Assembly (NCBI GenBank): GCA_046582655.1
Contig: JAYGDX010000292.1
Span: 1-64,000 of the forward strand
Length of the DNA: 64,000 nucleotides
Origin: Candidatus Poribacteria bacterium
Lineage (GTDB): Bacteria; Poribacteria; WGA-4E; UBA9662
Direction of reading: 5' to 3'
How positions within the stretch are numbered: the first letter of the stretch is position 1; every line of letters starts with the position of its first letter. Both the position numbers and the translations under genes were made by a program. Shown here one piece after another: positions 24,404 through 34,400 of this stretch. Below the pieces are notes generated by a model. The model had not been told where the DNA came from, did not search any database, and worked only from the letters and a program-made list of their open reading frames with translations.

Positions 24404-25735
24404 TTATGGTCTATTAATAGCTTGATTCAATTTTAGGAGATCTTGGTTTTTTAATTCCGATTTGTTTTTGTATTGATAATAATAGTTAAGTACTTTTCCT
24501 ACATGGCGTTCTGTTTCGCGGATAGCCGGCACATTTTCTCCGACTCGTCCTGGGCCGGCATTGTACGCTGAAATGCCGAGTGCGTAGTTATTGTTATAGC
24601 GATCCAACATCATCCGTAAATATCTGGCGGCTCCTTCCAAATTTTTCCCAGCGTTGAAGCGCTCATCAATCTTTGAATTGTGATTCGGCTGAGTAATGTT
24701 CTCATAATCAGGGACTCTAAGACCGAGATCTCTAGCGGTCGGTGGCATCAACTGACCCAATCCAACGGCACCGGATTTGGAAATCGCATTTGGTTTGAAT
24801 GCGGATTCAACTCTAATCATTGAAAGAAGTAATTCTATTTCAAGGTTATATTGATTGGCGATGGTTTCAACGTTTGACGTACGGATTATTTTTGATTTTC
24901 CGTAATTATTATTTCCAATACCTGTTGGCAAACCAAAGGTGAAACTAACAGATATGAAATGACGGTTTTCGCGTTCTTGATCCTCGATGTAGGCGTAGCT
25001 AATTTCACTTCTGCTTATTCGAACAGAACTTCCTGCACTCCAGGTCGACCAATTACGAGATCCATCAAGGTGAAAAATTGAGCCGTACCGTAACGATAAT
25101 CTGTGAAAGCTAAGTTCAGTACCAATTCGAAACTTCCATGTGGTTGTATCAAGCGCGCTGCTTAATTGGAAATAGCGATTAGTCTGCCATGTCATCCCAA
25201 GATCAAAAACTGGTTCGCGATATTGATCTCCGAATTCCCTTAGGCTTGCTCCTAAACGGATACCAGAGGTAGCATTGATAAGAATGCCTAGATCATAGCT
25301 TGGATGACGTCTTGCGTGGACATCTGTTGTCAAGTTTAGATTTGCACCTAAGAGCAGCTGAGAGCCAAATTTACCTGCTAGAGAAAAGACCGCTTGATTG
25401 CGGCCACGTTCAAAAGTTCCGATTGGATTATTAGTTTGGTCAATCATGAAACGATCAGTGCCATTTAGATCAAAGAAACTAGTCCCTAAAGTTAGAGACT
25501 CAAAGATTGGTAGGCCAACCGAAAAACCTCCCTGTGACAGATCGTAATCAAACTCTATTTCCACAAGGTTAGCTAATCCTGCGGGGTTCCATAGCGCACC
25601 GAATGCGTCTTCAGAATTGCTGATAAACGCGCTACCGAAACCAATTGGTTTGGCCCCGATCTGCGGTCGGCGCGATCCATAAACTAGGTTACCGAGAAGT
25701 ATCAGAGTGAGAAATAAAATCCGAAATTTCCGCAA
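24404..25735 (-). CDS. PorV/PorQ/FadL-like outer-membrane beta-barrel fused to an SLT lytic transglycosylase domain
   Basis: Signal peptide; GAKPIGFGSAF..DAFGALWNPAGLA; beta-strand pattern ending HFISVSFTFG; then IRVESAF, GAVGLGQLMPPTA, AYNAGPG. Confidence 0.8.
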   Translation of the reverse strand: MRKFRILFLTLILLGNLVYGSRRPQIGAKPIGFGSAFISNSEDAFGALWNPAGLANLVEIEFDYDLSQGGFSVGLPIFESLTLGTSFFDLNGTDRFMIDQTNNPIGTFERGRNQAVFSLAGKFGSQLLLGANLNLTTDVHARRHPSYDLGILINATSGIRLGASLREFGDQYREPVFDLGMTWQTNRYFQLSSALDTTTWKFRIGTELSFHRLSLRYGSIFHLDGSRNWSTWSAGSSVRISRSEISYAYIEDQERENRHFISVSFTFGLPTGIGNNNYGKSKIIRTSNVETIANQYNLEIELLLSMIRVESAFKPNAISKSGAVGLGQLMPPTARDLGLRVPDYENITQPNHNSKIDERFNAGKNLEGAARYLRMMLDRYNNNYALGISAYNAGPGRVGENVPAIRETERHVGKVLNYYYQYKNKSELKNQDLLKLNQAINRP

Positions 25736-25739
25736 GCTA

Positions 25740-26570
25740 TCACCTTAAGTTTAAATAGTGAATTGGATTAATGCTCTTTCCATTCTTTCGAATCTCAAAA
25801 TGCAAGTGTGGGCCAGTTGATCTACCAGTGTTACCTGACAGTGCAATAACCTGTCCTTTTTTAACGTATTGTCTGTTTTTTACACGGATGATGTAAAGGT
25901 GACCGTATAGAGTTTCAAAACCTTCAGCATGTTTGATAAGTACGTAGTTCCCATAGCCGCTTCTCCAACCTGATCTCACAATTTTTCCGGATTTTGAGGC
26001 GTAGACACGCGTCCTTTTTCTGGCACGGAAATCTATTCCGTGATGAAACATTCGTCTCTTTAAAACAGGGTGTCGACGATAGCCGTAGTTCGAAGTTAAT
26101 ACTAACTTTATTCGCATCGGTGGTGCAAAGCCGGAAGAGTGAAGATTTGGGATAAATATCTTCTGATTTTCCTGAAGATGATCCGCAGACTTAAGTCTAT
26201 TTTGCCAAACTAGGTTGGAAATAGGAACACCATGATTAACTGAAATTCTTGATAGAGTATCTCCATGTTTGACCTTATACCAGGTCCCATATTGTTGCTC
26301 AGGAAAAGCGCCTGGGATAAATAATTTTTTCCCAATGTGTATCCGTTTTTCCGACTGAATCCGGTTTGCTTTCAAGATTGAGTTATGCGAAACTTTATAT
26401 TTTCTAGCAATATCCCAGACAGTATCGCCTTGTCTTACGTGGTACCAGATTCCTGATGCTTTTGCCGAAGCAACAGATTGATCGGCAAAGACGAAGGAGA
26501 AGAGAACAACTGCTATTGCAATAGGCAGAAAATTGCTATCCCTTAACAGTTGCATTTGGTGTTGGAGCAT
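25740..26570 (-). CDS. LysM-LysM-M23 peptidoglycan endopeptidase
   Basis: YHVRQGDTVWDIA, YKVKHGDTLSRI, HHGIDF, YGHL, STGPHLHFE. Confidence 0.93.
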   Translation of the reverse strand: MLQHQMQLLRDSNFLPIAIAVVLFSFVFADQSVASAKASGIWYHVRQGDTVWDIARKYKVSHNSILKANRIQSEKRIHIGKKLFIPGAFPEQQYGTWYKVKHGDTLSRISVNHGVPISNLVWQNRLKSADHLQENQKIFIPNLHSSGFAPPMRIKLVLTSNYGYRRHPVLKRRMFHHGIDFRARKRTRVYASKSGKIVRSGWRSGYGNYVLIKHAEGFETLYGHLYIIRVKNRQYVKKGQVIALSGNTGRSTGPHLHFEIRKNGKSINPIHYLNLR

Positions 26571-26583
26571 ATTTCTTTCGTGA

Positions 26584-27051
26584 TCAAGTTCCTGTTACGG
26601 TCAGTAAAATGGTTTTTGTTTCTGTCAGAATTTGCGTTCGTGTGTCAAGTCCATCTGTTGAGATCATTCGACTAATTCCAGTGACAACGGCGTTGATAAT
26701 CTCAATAACTTCAAGTGTATTTATATTATTAGGTGCTGTCCATGTGCGCTTTCCATCCTCAGTCTCTGAAAGTTCCCCAAATTCAGTAACGTTAATCCAG
26801 TTAACTAAGACGCGGGTCTCGGGAAGTTGAGTATATTTCACCTCAAGTTCAATAACTTCACCCGGTTTAATTATTGTTTTGCTCGCTTCAATTTTAACAT
26901 CCAGTGCGGATGAAGGGATAGGATTATCTACGTCGTGAATGTCGTACTGATCGCTCTTTTCTTTGATTGGGTTTTCGCTACTACCACCACATCCGATAGA
27001 AAGGACCAAAACAGCAAGTGAGAATAGGCACAAAACAGGTAATCTTGTCAT
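26584..27051 (-). CDS. Hypothetical lipoprotein (Ig-like)
   Basis: Lipobox LSIGC; AGGAG RBS. Confidence 0.7.
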   Translation of the reverse strand: MTRLPVLCLFSLAVLVLSIGCGGSSENPIKEKSDQYDIHDVDNPIPSSALDVKIEASKTIIKPGEVIELEVKYTQLPETRVLVNWINVTEFGELSETEDGKRTWTAPNNINTLEVIEIINAVVTGISRMISTDGLDTRTQILTETKTILLTVTGT

Positions 27052-27161
27052 GAAACTCTCCTAATTTTTGATGTACTTTTAAGGATATTTTAATGTGGAA
27101 ATTCAGCATATGTGTAAAAAAACATTTTCCTTGTAAAAAACGCAGATGTCTTTCTACGGTT

Positions 27162-27836
27162 TCAAACAAAATTTCGTTTAATTCGGTAAATTGCAATACG
27201 TGAAACTGCGTTGTTCAAAGGTACAGATTCAGAGAACTTCTGGTAGATAAACCCCATGGATCTTAGCCGTGAAAAAAAAACATCTGTGTTTGTTCGGTTT
27301 GGCTCGGATAGTATTACTTCACCTTCATTAGTAAGTAGATTTGATATGAGTTTGAGAATGAGTTCCCAATTCTTCTCCTCGTAAATCACATCAGAGCCGA
27401 GGATAAGTGGAAACCTATATGCCTTGGATTCCAAACATGGACTTTTCCAATCCATCTGTATGAATCTCGCTAAATCATTACAGTTGTTTAATGACGTATT
27501 GTAGTGAGCAAAAACTAGAGGGTCAATCTTCCAATCAGTGAAAATCACTGTTCTTTTTTGTTGGCATGCTACAATTCCGGTAAGGCCCAAACCACATCCG
27601 ATTTCCAAGACGTATCGTCCGAGAACCGGGGCATTTGGTGATTCAATAAAATTAGCAAGGCCAATTGATGAAGGCCATACTTCAGCCCAGTAGGGGAAAT
27701 CATCTTCATGTTCGGCTTGATCAATAAGTGGTTCTAGATCCGCAACAACGGCTACTTTGATTAAACCCCATTTAAGTTGAATCTGCTGTTCCACGATAGG
27801 ATATCCGCGTATAGCGCCAGTTTTTTGTCTTGACAC
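27162..27836 (-). CDS. Class I SAM-dependent methyltransferase (Methyltransf_16/METTL21-like)
   Basis: PYWAEVWPSS, LEIGCGLG, FTDW, GSDVIYE. Confidence 0.88.
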   Translation of the reverse strand: MSRQKTGAIRGYPIVEQQIQLKWGLIKVAVVADLEPLIDQAEHEDDFPYWAEVWPSSIGLANFIESPNAPVLGRYVLEIGCGLGLTGIVACQQKRTVIFTDWKIDPLVFAHYNTSLNNCNDLARFIQMDWKSPCLESKAYRFPLILGSDVIYEEKNWELILKLISNLLTNEGEVILSEPNRTNTDVFFSRLRSMGFIYQKFSESVPLNNAVSRIAIYRIKRNFV

Positions 27837-27969
27837 GTTTTACCTCGCGCAGTGTAAACACACTACTTGACGGAGTTTCTTATCTGTGATATGTTTTTTA
27901 ACCAAATAGTTAAACTCCTCAATTAGGCAATTTAGATTAATGTGACTTTGGATTCTATTGAGAAAAGGG

Positions 27970-27996
27970 TGAAACTTCTTAGATATCCTTTGCGTT
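27970..27996 (+). promoter_or_regulatory. Putative ECF sigma autoregulatory promoter
   Basis: TGAAAC-17 bp-CGTT, the SigW/SigV-like ECF pattern, just upstream of the ECF gene. Confidence 0.5.
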
Positions 27997-28060
27997 TATC
28001 TAGATGTTGATGTCGATTGGATCTTCAAAGAGCAATCAAACATCATACAAGGAGAGAATT

Positions 28061-28744
28061 TTGGCGTCTCGTGTAGACGATCTGTCTTCTCAAGAAGATA
28101 CACAGCTTGCAATGCTTGTCAAATCCGGTGATGAGTATGCCTTCCAAATGCTGTATAATAAACATTACAATTGGATTTATAGCAAGGCATATCGCACGCT
28201 GAGTCACCATCAAGAAACGGAAGAGGTTTCTGAAGACATCTTCATGAAGGTGTGGCAGAAAACTGATAAATGGGATCCGTCACAGGGCAGTTTCCAGGCT
28301 TGGTTGAACACCGTAGCCAAGCACACGATTATCGATGCCATTCGGAAGAAAGATAGAATTCGTGAGTCGCTTCAGGCATCGGAAGAAGATAATCCTAGCG
28401 TACCGTTAATTGAACATGTCGACTACAAACCGACTCCCGATAAGTTAGCTGAGTCGGCTGAAGCTAAGGAAATTCTTGAGCGTGCTTTGCAACGAATTAC
28501 CAAACCGAACCACCGTATTGCTTGGATACTACGACATATTGAAGGATGTAGCATTGCAGAAATTTCGCAAATTCTTAAGCGTAAAGAAGGTACGGTAAAG
28601 ATCTGGATCTTCCGTTGTGCAAAGGAGTTACGACAGATTCTGAGCCGGAAGGGCTTTAACTACGCTTACAACGCAAGAAAAACGCATTCCTCTTGGGAGA
28701 ATAAGGAAGATGAAGTTTTGGCCCCCATCAGCACTAGATCCTGA
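28061..28744 (+). CDS. ECF-type RNA polymerase sigma factor
   Basis: Region 2 (AFQMLY, DIFMKVW, FQAWLNTVAKHTIID) and region 4 (SIAEISQIL..GTVK). TTG at 28061 follows AAGGAG; alternative ATG at 28004. Confidence 0.9.
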   Translation: MASRVDDLSSQEDTQLAMLVKSGDEYAFQMLYNKHYNWIYSKAYRTLSHHQETEEVSEDIFMKVWQKTDKWDPSQGSFQAWLNTVAKHTIIDAIRKKDRIRESLQASEEDNPSVPLIEHVDYKPTPDKLAESAEAKEILERALQRITKPNHRIAWILRHIEGCSIAEISQILKRKEGTVKIWIFRCAKELRQILSRKGFNYAYNARKTHSSWENKEDEVLAPISTRS

Positions 28745-29831
28745 AAACGAAACCGATCAAGCAGAAATGCTAGAGGCATACACACAGTGGCTTGACGGTG
28801 AGAAACTCTCTGATAAACAGAAAAAATATCTCCGAGTTTTTCAAGGATCTGGCGACTTAGAACCGCTGAAAGAGTTAGTTGACTACGTCCACTACAATTT
28901 TGAGGAACATGAGGAAAGCGAAGTCTTTGAACCACCTGCCAATGTAAAGCAGCGAGTTGAGCAAAAACTAATGAATAGAATTAGTCAACAACATCGCGGC
29001 AGCCAGATTGGTAAATTCTTCCGTGATGTTGGCATCGGATTTATTCCAGAGCCAGCACTCGGTTCGCCTATAGATCAACAGGTTGGCAATCCTGATTCAG
29101 TACTTGAAATCGATAAAATTGTTTCTTTGGATTCAGAGCAAACCAATAAAGATACAGAAAACAACCTTGAAATCCCAAATAGTTTTACGCTGAACCTGCG
29201 AGTCATTGAAGGCGAAAACGTAGGAAGCAATTATGGCATAAACTTACAACCGATAACCATTGGTTCAGCCCCGAACGCAACTATTCGCTTGAGCAAAGAG
29301 TCGAATGTCTCGTCCTTTCATGCCCTCCTTACAACTCACCGTGAACAATTATTTATCGTTAACTTGGATCAAGAAGATGGGACTTATCTAGATGGAAATC
29401 AAATTATGGAACCGACTCTCCTCAATCTTGGTTCTGTAATTCAAATTGGAAATAGTGAATTTGAGGTCATTGAACTAACGTGTGCTCAAAGTATGATTGG
29501 TATTTCCTTCAAAAATTTGAAAGGGAAAAACGAGAGAGGAATCTTTACTGTCCGAATCCCAAACGTTGTTATTGGTAGAAACGAAAAGACAGCTCATATC
29601 AGGTTTCCTGCCGCCAGTCGGAAACTTTCAAGAGAGCATGCTAGGTTTGATCTGAAAAATAATCAGATCTACATCACTGACTTAAATAGTACAAATGGAA
29701 CATTTGTTAATGGTATTAGGGCAATGGAACCTATGTTGTTAAAGGAGGGCGATCTGATTAAGCTAGGTGATACCACTCTGAAAATCACTGATACTAAGAT
29801 CGTTCCAATCACAGAAATTGAGACTATTTAG
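28710..29831 (+). CDS. Soluble anti-sigma-like N-domain plus two FHA domains
   Basis: EPPANVKQRV-type anti-sigma helix; FHA1 ITIGS..VSSFHA; FHA2 VIGR..LSREHA..STNGTFVNG. Confidence 0.8.
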   Translation: MKFWPPSALDPENETDQAEMLEAYTQWLDGEKLSDKQKKYLRVFQGSGDLEPLKELVDYVHYNFEEHEESEVFEPPANVKQRVEQKLMNRISQQHRGSQIGKFFRDVGIGFIPEPALGSPIDQQVGNPDSVLEIDKIVSLDSEQTNKDTENNLEIPNSFTLNLRVIEGENVGSNYGINLQPITIGSAPNATIRLSKESNVSSFHALLTTHREQLFIVNLDQEDGTYLDGNQIMEPTLLNLGSVIQIGNSEFEVIELTCAQSMIGISFKNLKGKNERGIFTVRIPNVVIGRNEKTAHIRFPAASRKLSREHARFDLKNNQIYITDLNSTNGTFVNGIRAMEPMLLKEGDLIKLGDTTLKITDTKIVPITEIETI

Positions 29832-29864
29832 CATTCCAAAACTCTATCGATATTACCGGTATCG

Positions 29865-30854
29865 ATGAACCATCTTGCCAAAAAGCATTTCTCTCAAGCG
29901 TCGATATGCTATAAACAAAGAAATTACTCAGAAGCGGTTGACTACTACCTCGTTGGGTTATCAATTGAGCCTGAATGTGTTGAAGCGTATGCGGACCTTG
30001 CAAAGTCCTACGAGATGCTTGCCTGTTGGGATCAAGCGCTCCAAGCTATAGAGCAAGCCCTTAGACTTCGGCCCAGTGATCCAACCTCGCTACGTCGCAA
30101 AAATCGAATCACCGAAGAAAATTCTTTCTACAATATACCATACGACGCGATATCATCCCCACTTGAAGATTCAAGATATTTTGATTTAAATGTTTCGCCT
30201 GATATTTCTACCCTGTCTGATGATCTGGTTCAAAAAATATCTGGTATTCTTGAACGAACCTGTAATTTCGTTGGATATCGTTTAAATTTCTTTCCCCTCG
30301 ATCCTGTAAAAGTTTATATTGAGGAAAAACATTTAGCGAAATCTTCTTATAATGATCTCGATACTTTTCCGGATTGGGCACCTGCCTACTACGATGGTAC
30401 TATTCGGATAAGATGTTGCAATTACAGTATGTCAGGATTGGGAGTTCTACAAACTCTAATCCGTCATGAATGGACGCATCTACTTGTAGATTTGATTACG
30501 GATGGAAAGTGTCCAACTTGGATCGATGAAGGATTAGCCATGTCGATTGCCCGCCAAATGTTTAGTTTCGAGATGGAGTATCTACAAACCGCAAATAGAA
30601 ACGGTGCAATCTTAAGACTTCAACAATTAAATAAGCCTTTTAGTCAAATTGATGATAGACAACGCCGCCTTGCTTATTATCAAGCACATGCCATCTTTCT
30701 AGACCTGATTGAGCAGTTTGGGTTTTCATCTATATGTGTGCTTCTTGGATTAATTGGTAGTGGAGAGAAACCGGAAGATGCTATCCAGCAAACCTTTGGC
30801 AAGCCTACAGTCCAAATATTCTCGGACTGGCAGAGGAAAATAGATATGGGTTGA
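29865..30854 (+). CDS. TPR plus peptidase MA-like zinc-binding protein
   Basis: N-terminal TPR helices, HEWTH, PTWIDEGLA, LAYYQA. Confidence 0.82.
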   Translation: MNHLAKKHFSQASICYKQRNYSEAVDYYLVGLSIEPECVEAYADLAKSYEMLACWDQALQAIEQALRLRPSDPTSLRRKNRITEENSFYNIPYDAISSPLEDSRYFDLNVSPDISTLSDDLVQKISGILERTCNFVGYRLNFFPLDPVKVYIEEKHLAKSSYNDLDTFPDWAPAYYDGTIRIRCCNYSMSGLGVLQTLIRHEWTHLLVDLITDGKCPTWIDEGLAMSIARQMFSFEMEYLQTANRNGAILRLQQLNKPFSQIDDRQRRLAYYQAHAIFLDLIEQFGFSSICVLLGLIGSGEKPEDAIQQTFGKPTVQIFSDWQRKIDMG

Positions 30855-30856
30855 TT

Positions 30857-31354
30857 ATGGAAGCATTGGATTTTGGCATTCTAATTTTAGTGGGGTTGGG
30901 TGGATGGAGTTGCTTCCGACATGGGTTTACTCGCAGTATCAGAGGCATTTTGTCTATTGCCTTGGGCGTTTTGATGGCAAGCCGGTTCTGGCCGTTGCTT
31001 GCTTCCTTAATAGTAGCGTTCATTAAGAATGAAGAAATTGCAAAGTGGACTGGTGTGATTGTTATAGTAGTTAGTGTCAGTGTAACAGTCGATTTTTTCC
31101 TTGAGCGCTTTGGCATTATCATAGAAAAGGGCGTGTTAGGATGGATAAACAGCATGGTTGGGGCAGTATTTGGTATCATGTTCAGTTGTGTATTGATAGG
31201 CACTGTTTTACTTTTTGCTCAGAAGCACGGTGGAGAAACTATTAAGAATTCGATTAGTAATTCTAATCTAGCACCAACTCTGATAATTACGGCAGACCAA
31301 TTTCTCAATTTCGGTAGGCAAGCAGTCAAGGAACAAGCTGATAAATTTTCGTAG
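30857..31354 (+). CDS. cvpA: CvpA (colicin V production) family membrane protein
   Basis: LDFGIL..RHGF, four TM segments, NSMVGAVFG, SNLAP. Confidence 0.8.
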   Translation: MEALDFGILILVGLGGWSCFRHGFTRSIRGILSIALGVLMASRFWPLLASLIVAFIKNEEIAKWTGVIVIVVSVSVTVDFFLERFGIIIEKGVLGWINSMVGAVFGIMFSCVLIGTVLLFAQKHGGETIKNSISNSNLAPTLIITADQFLNFGRQAVKEQADKFS

Positions 31355-31431
31355 GCTTGAAGTCAAGATGGAGAAAAATTGTACTGCAGACCTCACAAGA
31401 CGTTGCTTTCATTTCGTAAGGTAAGTTTTAA

Positions 31432-34400
31432 ATGGAAGTCTTGCGCGATCTCAATGCAAAACAAGCTGAAGCTGTAGAGCACTTCGAAAACGCAATTTTA
31501 GTAATCGCGGGCCCTGGCACCGGAAAAACTAAAGTCATTACCCATCGTATCGCCCATCTTATCCGTCATCATAATATTCTTCCCGAACAAATACTCGCTG
31601 TTACTTTCACTAACAAAGCCGCACAAGAAATGCTTGATCGTGTTATGGAACAGAATTTAGTTGATAGTGATAACAGCCTTGGGGTTCGTATTCATACTTT
31701 TCATGCCTTTTGTGTTAGTTTGATTCGTGAGTATACTAGCGAAATTGGATTGCCGAGGAATTTTGCCATCTTTGATCAGGAGATGCAAGATGCAATTTTA
31801 ATTGAGTGTATTCGTGAACAACACACGAGTCAATTCAACTTCCTGCTTCCCAGCCTACGTGACATTGTAGGTAGTTATAAATCGAAGTTTGGAGACCTTG
31901 ACTCAGACATCACCGAATTCGAAACCTACAGTGGCAGGAAGATTACGGACAGAGATGAGATTGAAGCGATTTTGGACCTGATCTCAACTTATCAAGCCAA
32001 ACTTGATTCTCATCATGCACTTGATTTTACTGATCTAATTGCTAAATCTGTTAGATTACTAAAACAGAATTTAATCGTTCGTGAAAGATACCAAAGAGAA
32101 CTAAAATTTATTCTTGTTGATGAATATCAGGACATCAATGAACCTCAATATGAGTTGCTTAAATTGCTCTGCCGCCAACCAGAAAATAATTTAATGGCTG
32201 TGGCTGATTCCGACCAATCGATATATAGTTGGCGTGGTTCCGATCCAAAATTCATCAATCAGTTTAAGGCTGATTACCACCCCAAGGTTGTGAAGTTAAC
32301 AGACCATTACCGATGTCATAAAAATATTCTTGACGCCGCTCGATCTGTGATTACTAAGAATTTGGAATATAATACGATTGACCTTAATACTCACCAAATC
32401 ACGCAACAGAACCCGATCATACACTACACGTTGCAAGACCCGGATCAGGAAGCCGATCATGTAATAAAGATCATTCGCTACTTAACTGAGGAATGTGATT
32501 ATAAATTTGGTGACATCGCAGTCTTTTATCGTAATCATCTGGTTGCGAACAAGTTAGAAAATCGCTTAATTGACGAAAACCAATCTGGTGAAGAAGAAAG
32601 AGAGATCCCGTTTCAGAGAGTTGGTGGCGAGATCTCTTTTCGTGAGCAGTTTGCTAAGAATGTGGTAGCATACCTGAATTTTGTGGAGTGGCGAGACATG
32701 CCGCTGCAGGCTGAGCGGGCGATAAACTTTCCACAACGGCGGCTGATTGACATTAGTCTAGCGCGGCTCAAACTTCTGGCACAATGCAAGGGAATAGAAT
32801 TTTGCGATATTATCGAACGGGTCGATGATTATCCGCAGTATTTCGGCCCGCTTACACGAAAGAATATTAATCAGTTTTTAGCTCAAATAAATTACATGAA
32901 ATCCAAACTTGAGGAAAAAAACGTCGTTGAAATTGTGGACGAATTATTCCTTTCTCTCGCTGAGTGGCGTTTACCGTATCTTGATAGTGAGATTTTGGAG
33001 CTTAGAAGTGAAGCTGAAATTCCAAATGTCCAAGAAGCCGTAGCCGTATTATACCAAGCGATCTTCCAACAGGAACCGATTCAAATCATTTCGGGGAATG
33101 ATATTGATGCTTCTTGTGCAGTGTACATTATCCAGCAGGTTCTAAATGACTACCTTGATACCAAAATAGAAGTAGAAAAAAAAGGAGATCTTGATAATAT
33201 TCAGATTATCATCAATGGGGGTAAATTCGTCATACAAATTAGCCCACTTTCAGCGACTGAGGATTCGTTTATTATCCAAATCCGGTATACAGTTCTTTCC
33301 ATTGTTGCTTTAAAATTGTGTCAACGGCTGATTTCAAAATTCGAGAGACAAAATTTTGAGGATTTTGTTGTCTATGATTTGGCAACAGTAGGCAACAATC
33401 CCAAATGGGCGGAGATAATTGAGGTTGTGGCAACTAAACTGGATCAAATGGGGGAACCCTTAGAATCACGCCATCAACTAGTGAAACCAACAGGTTGGAT
33501 TCCGCAAACAAGCGTAAATTCGTATAACATTACCAGCCAGATGGTGGCCAATAAACCATCTATTGAGGAAGTCCTTCCAAGCTTTATCAATTTTATCGAT
33601 AATCAGGTTTTGGTGGGACATAATGTTGCTAGTTTCGATAATGAAATAATACGCCGAGATCTGGTTAAGCATCTCAATCAGGAATTCCGAAATACCGTTT
33701 ATTGTGATATTATGGCCATTGCACAACGACTTTATCCTCGTCAAAATCCAGCCTTTGAAGCGCTGGTTGAGAAATTCAATATAATGGAGAGCGGGAGTCG
33801 TCCTACCGGAATTGTTGATACTACCTTGAGAATATTTCGTCAATTAGTAAATGAAGACACAAAGCGACGAGAGTTGACATCTTTATCCGAATCCTTGCCG
33901 TTAGTCGGATTAGCAATTCTATATCGGTCAGAAACCGCACCAAAATATAACCAAATACTATATCAAGCGTCACTTCGTTACCTTAGGAATCACCAAATCC
34001 AGTCCTATGCAGATTTCTTAAATCATATTGATAGCATCAGCCAGGCTGAAAGATTGATCAACCAGTTGGTGCAAAATGTTGAAAATTTCAAGGAATCTTC
34101 GCTCGATTTGCGAAAGTCTCAGGATATAGATTGGGAAGAACGCACACTGGATTTCATGAAGGACCTCTCCAACTTTGAGCAGAATTTTGACGCCGAGGAA
34201 ATTGGGATTTCCGACTTTCTAAAATACTTCAACCTGATTAATCGTGAACCGGAGATCGATAAAGACGAACTGACTTTAATGACCGTCCATGCGGCTAAGG
34301 GTATGGAGTACCGAGCGGTTATAATTATGGGAATGGAAGACGGGGTTTTCCCAATACGTTATAGAGACCAAACGAGGCAAGAAATCGAGGAAGATCGACG

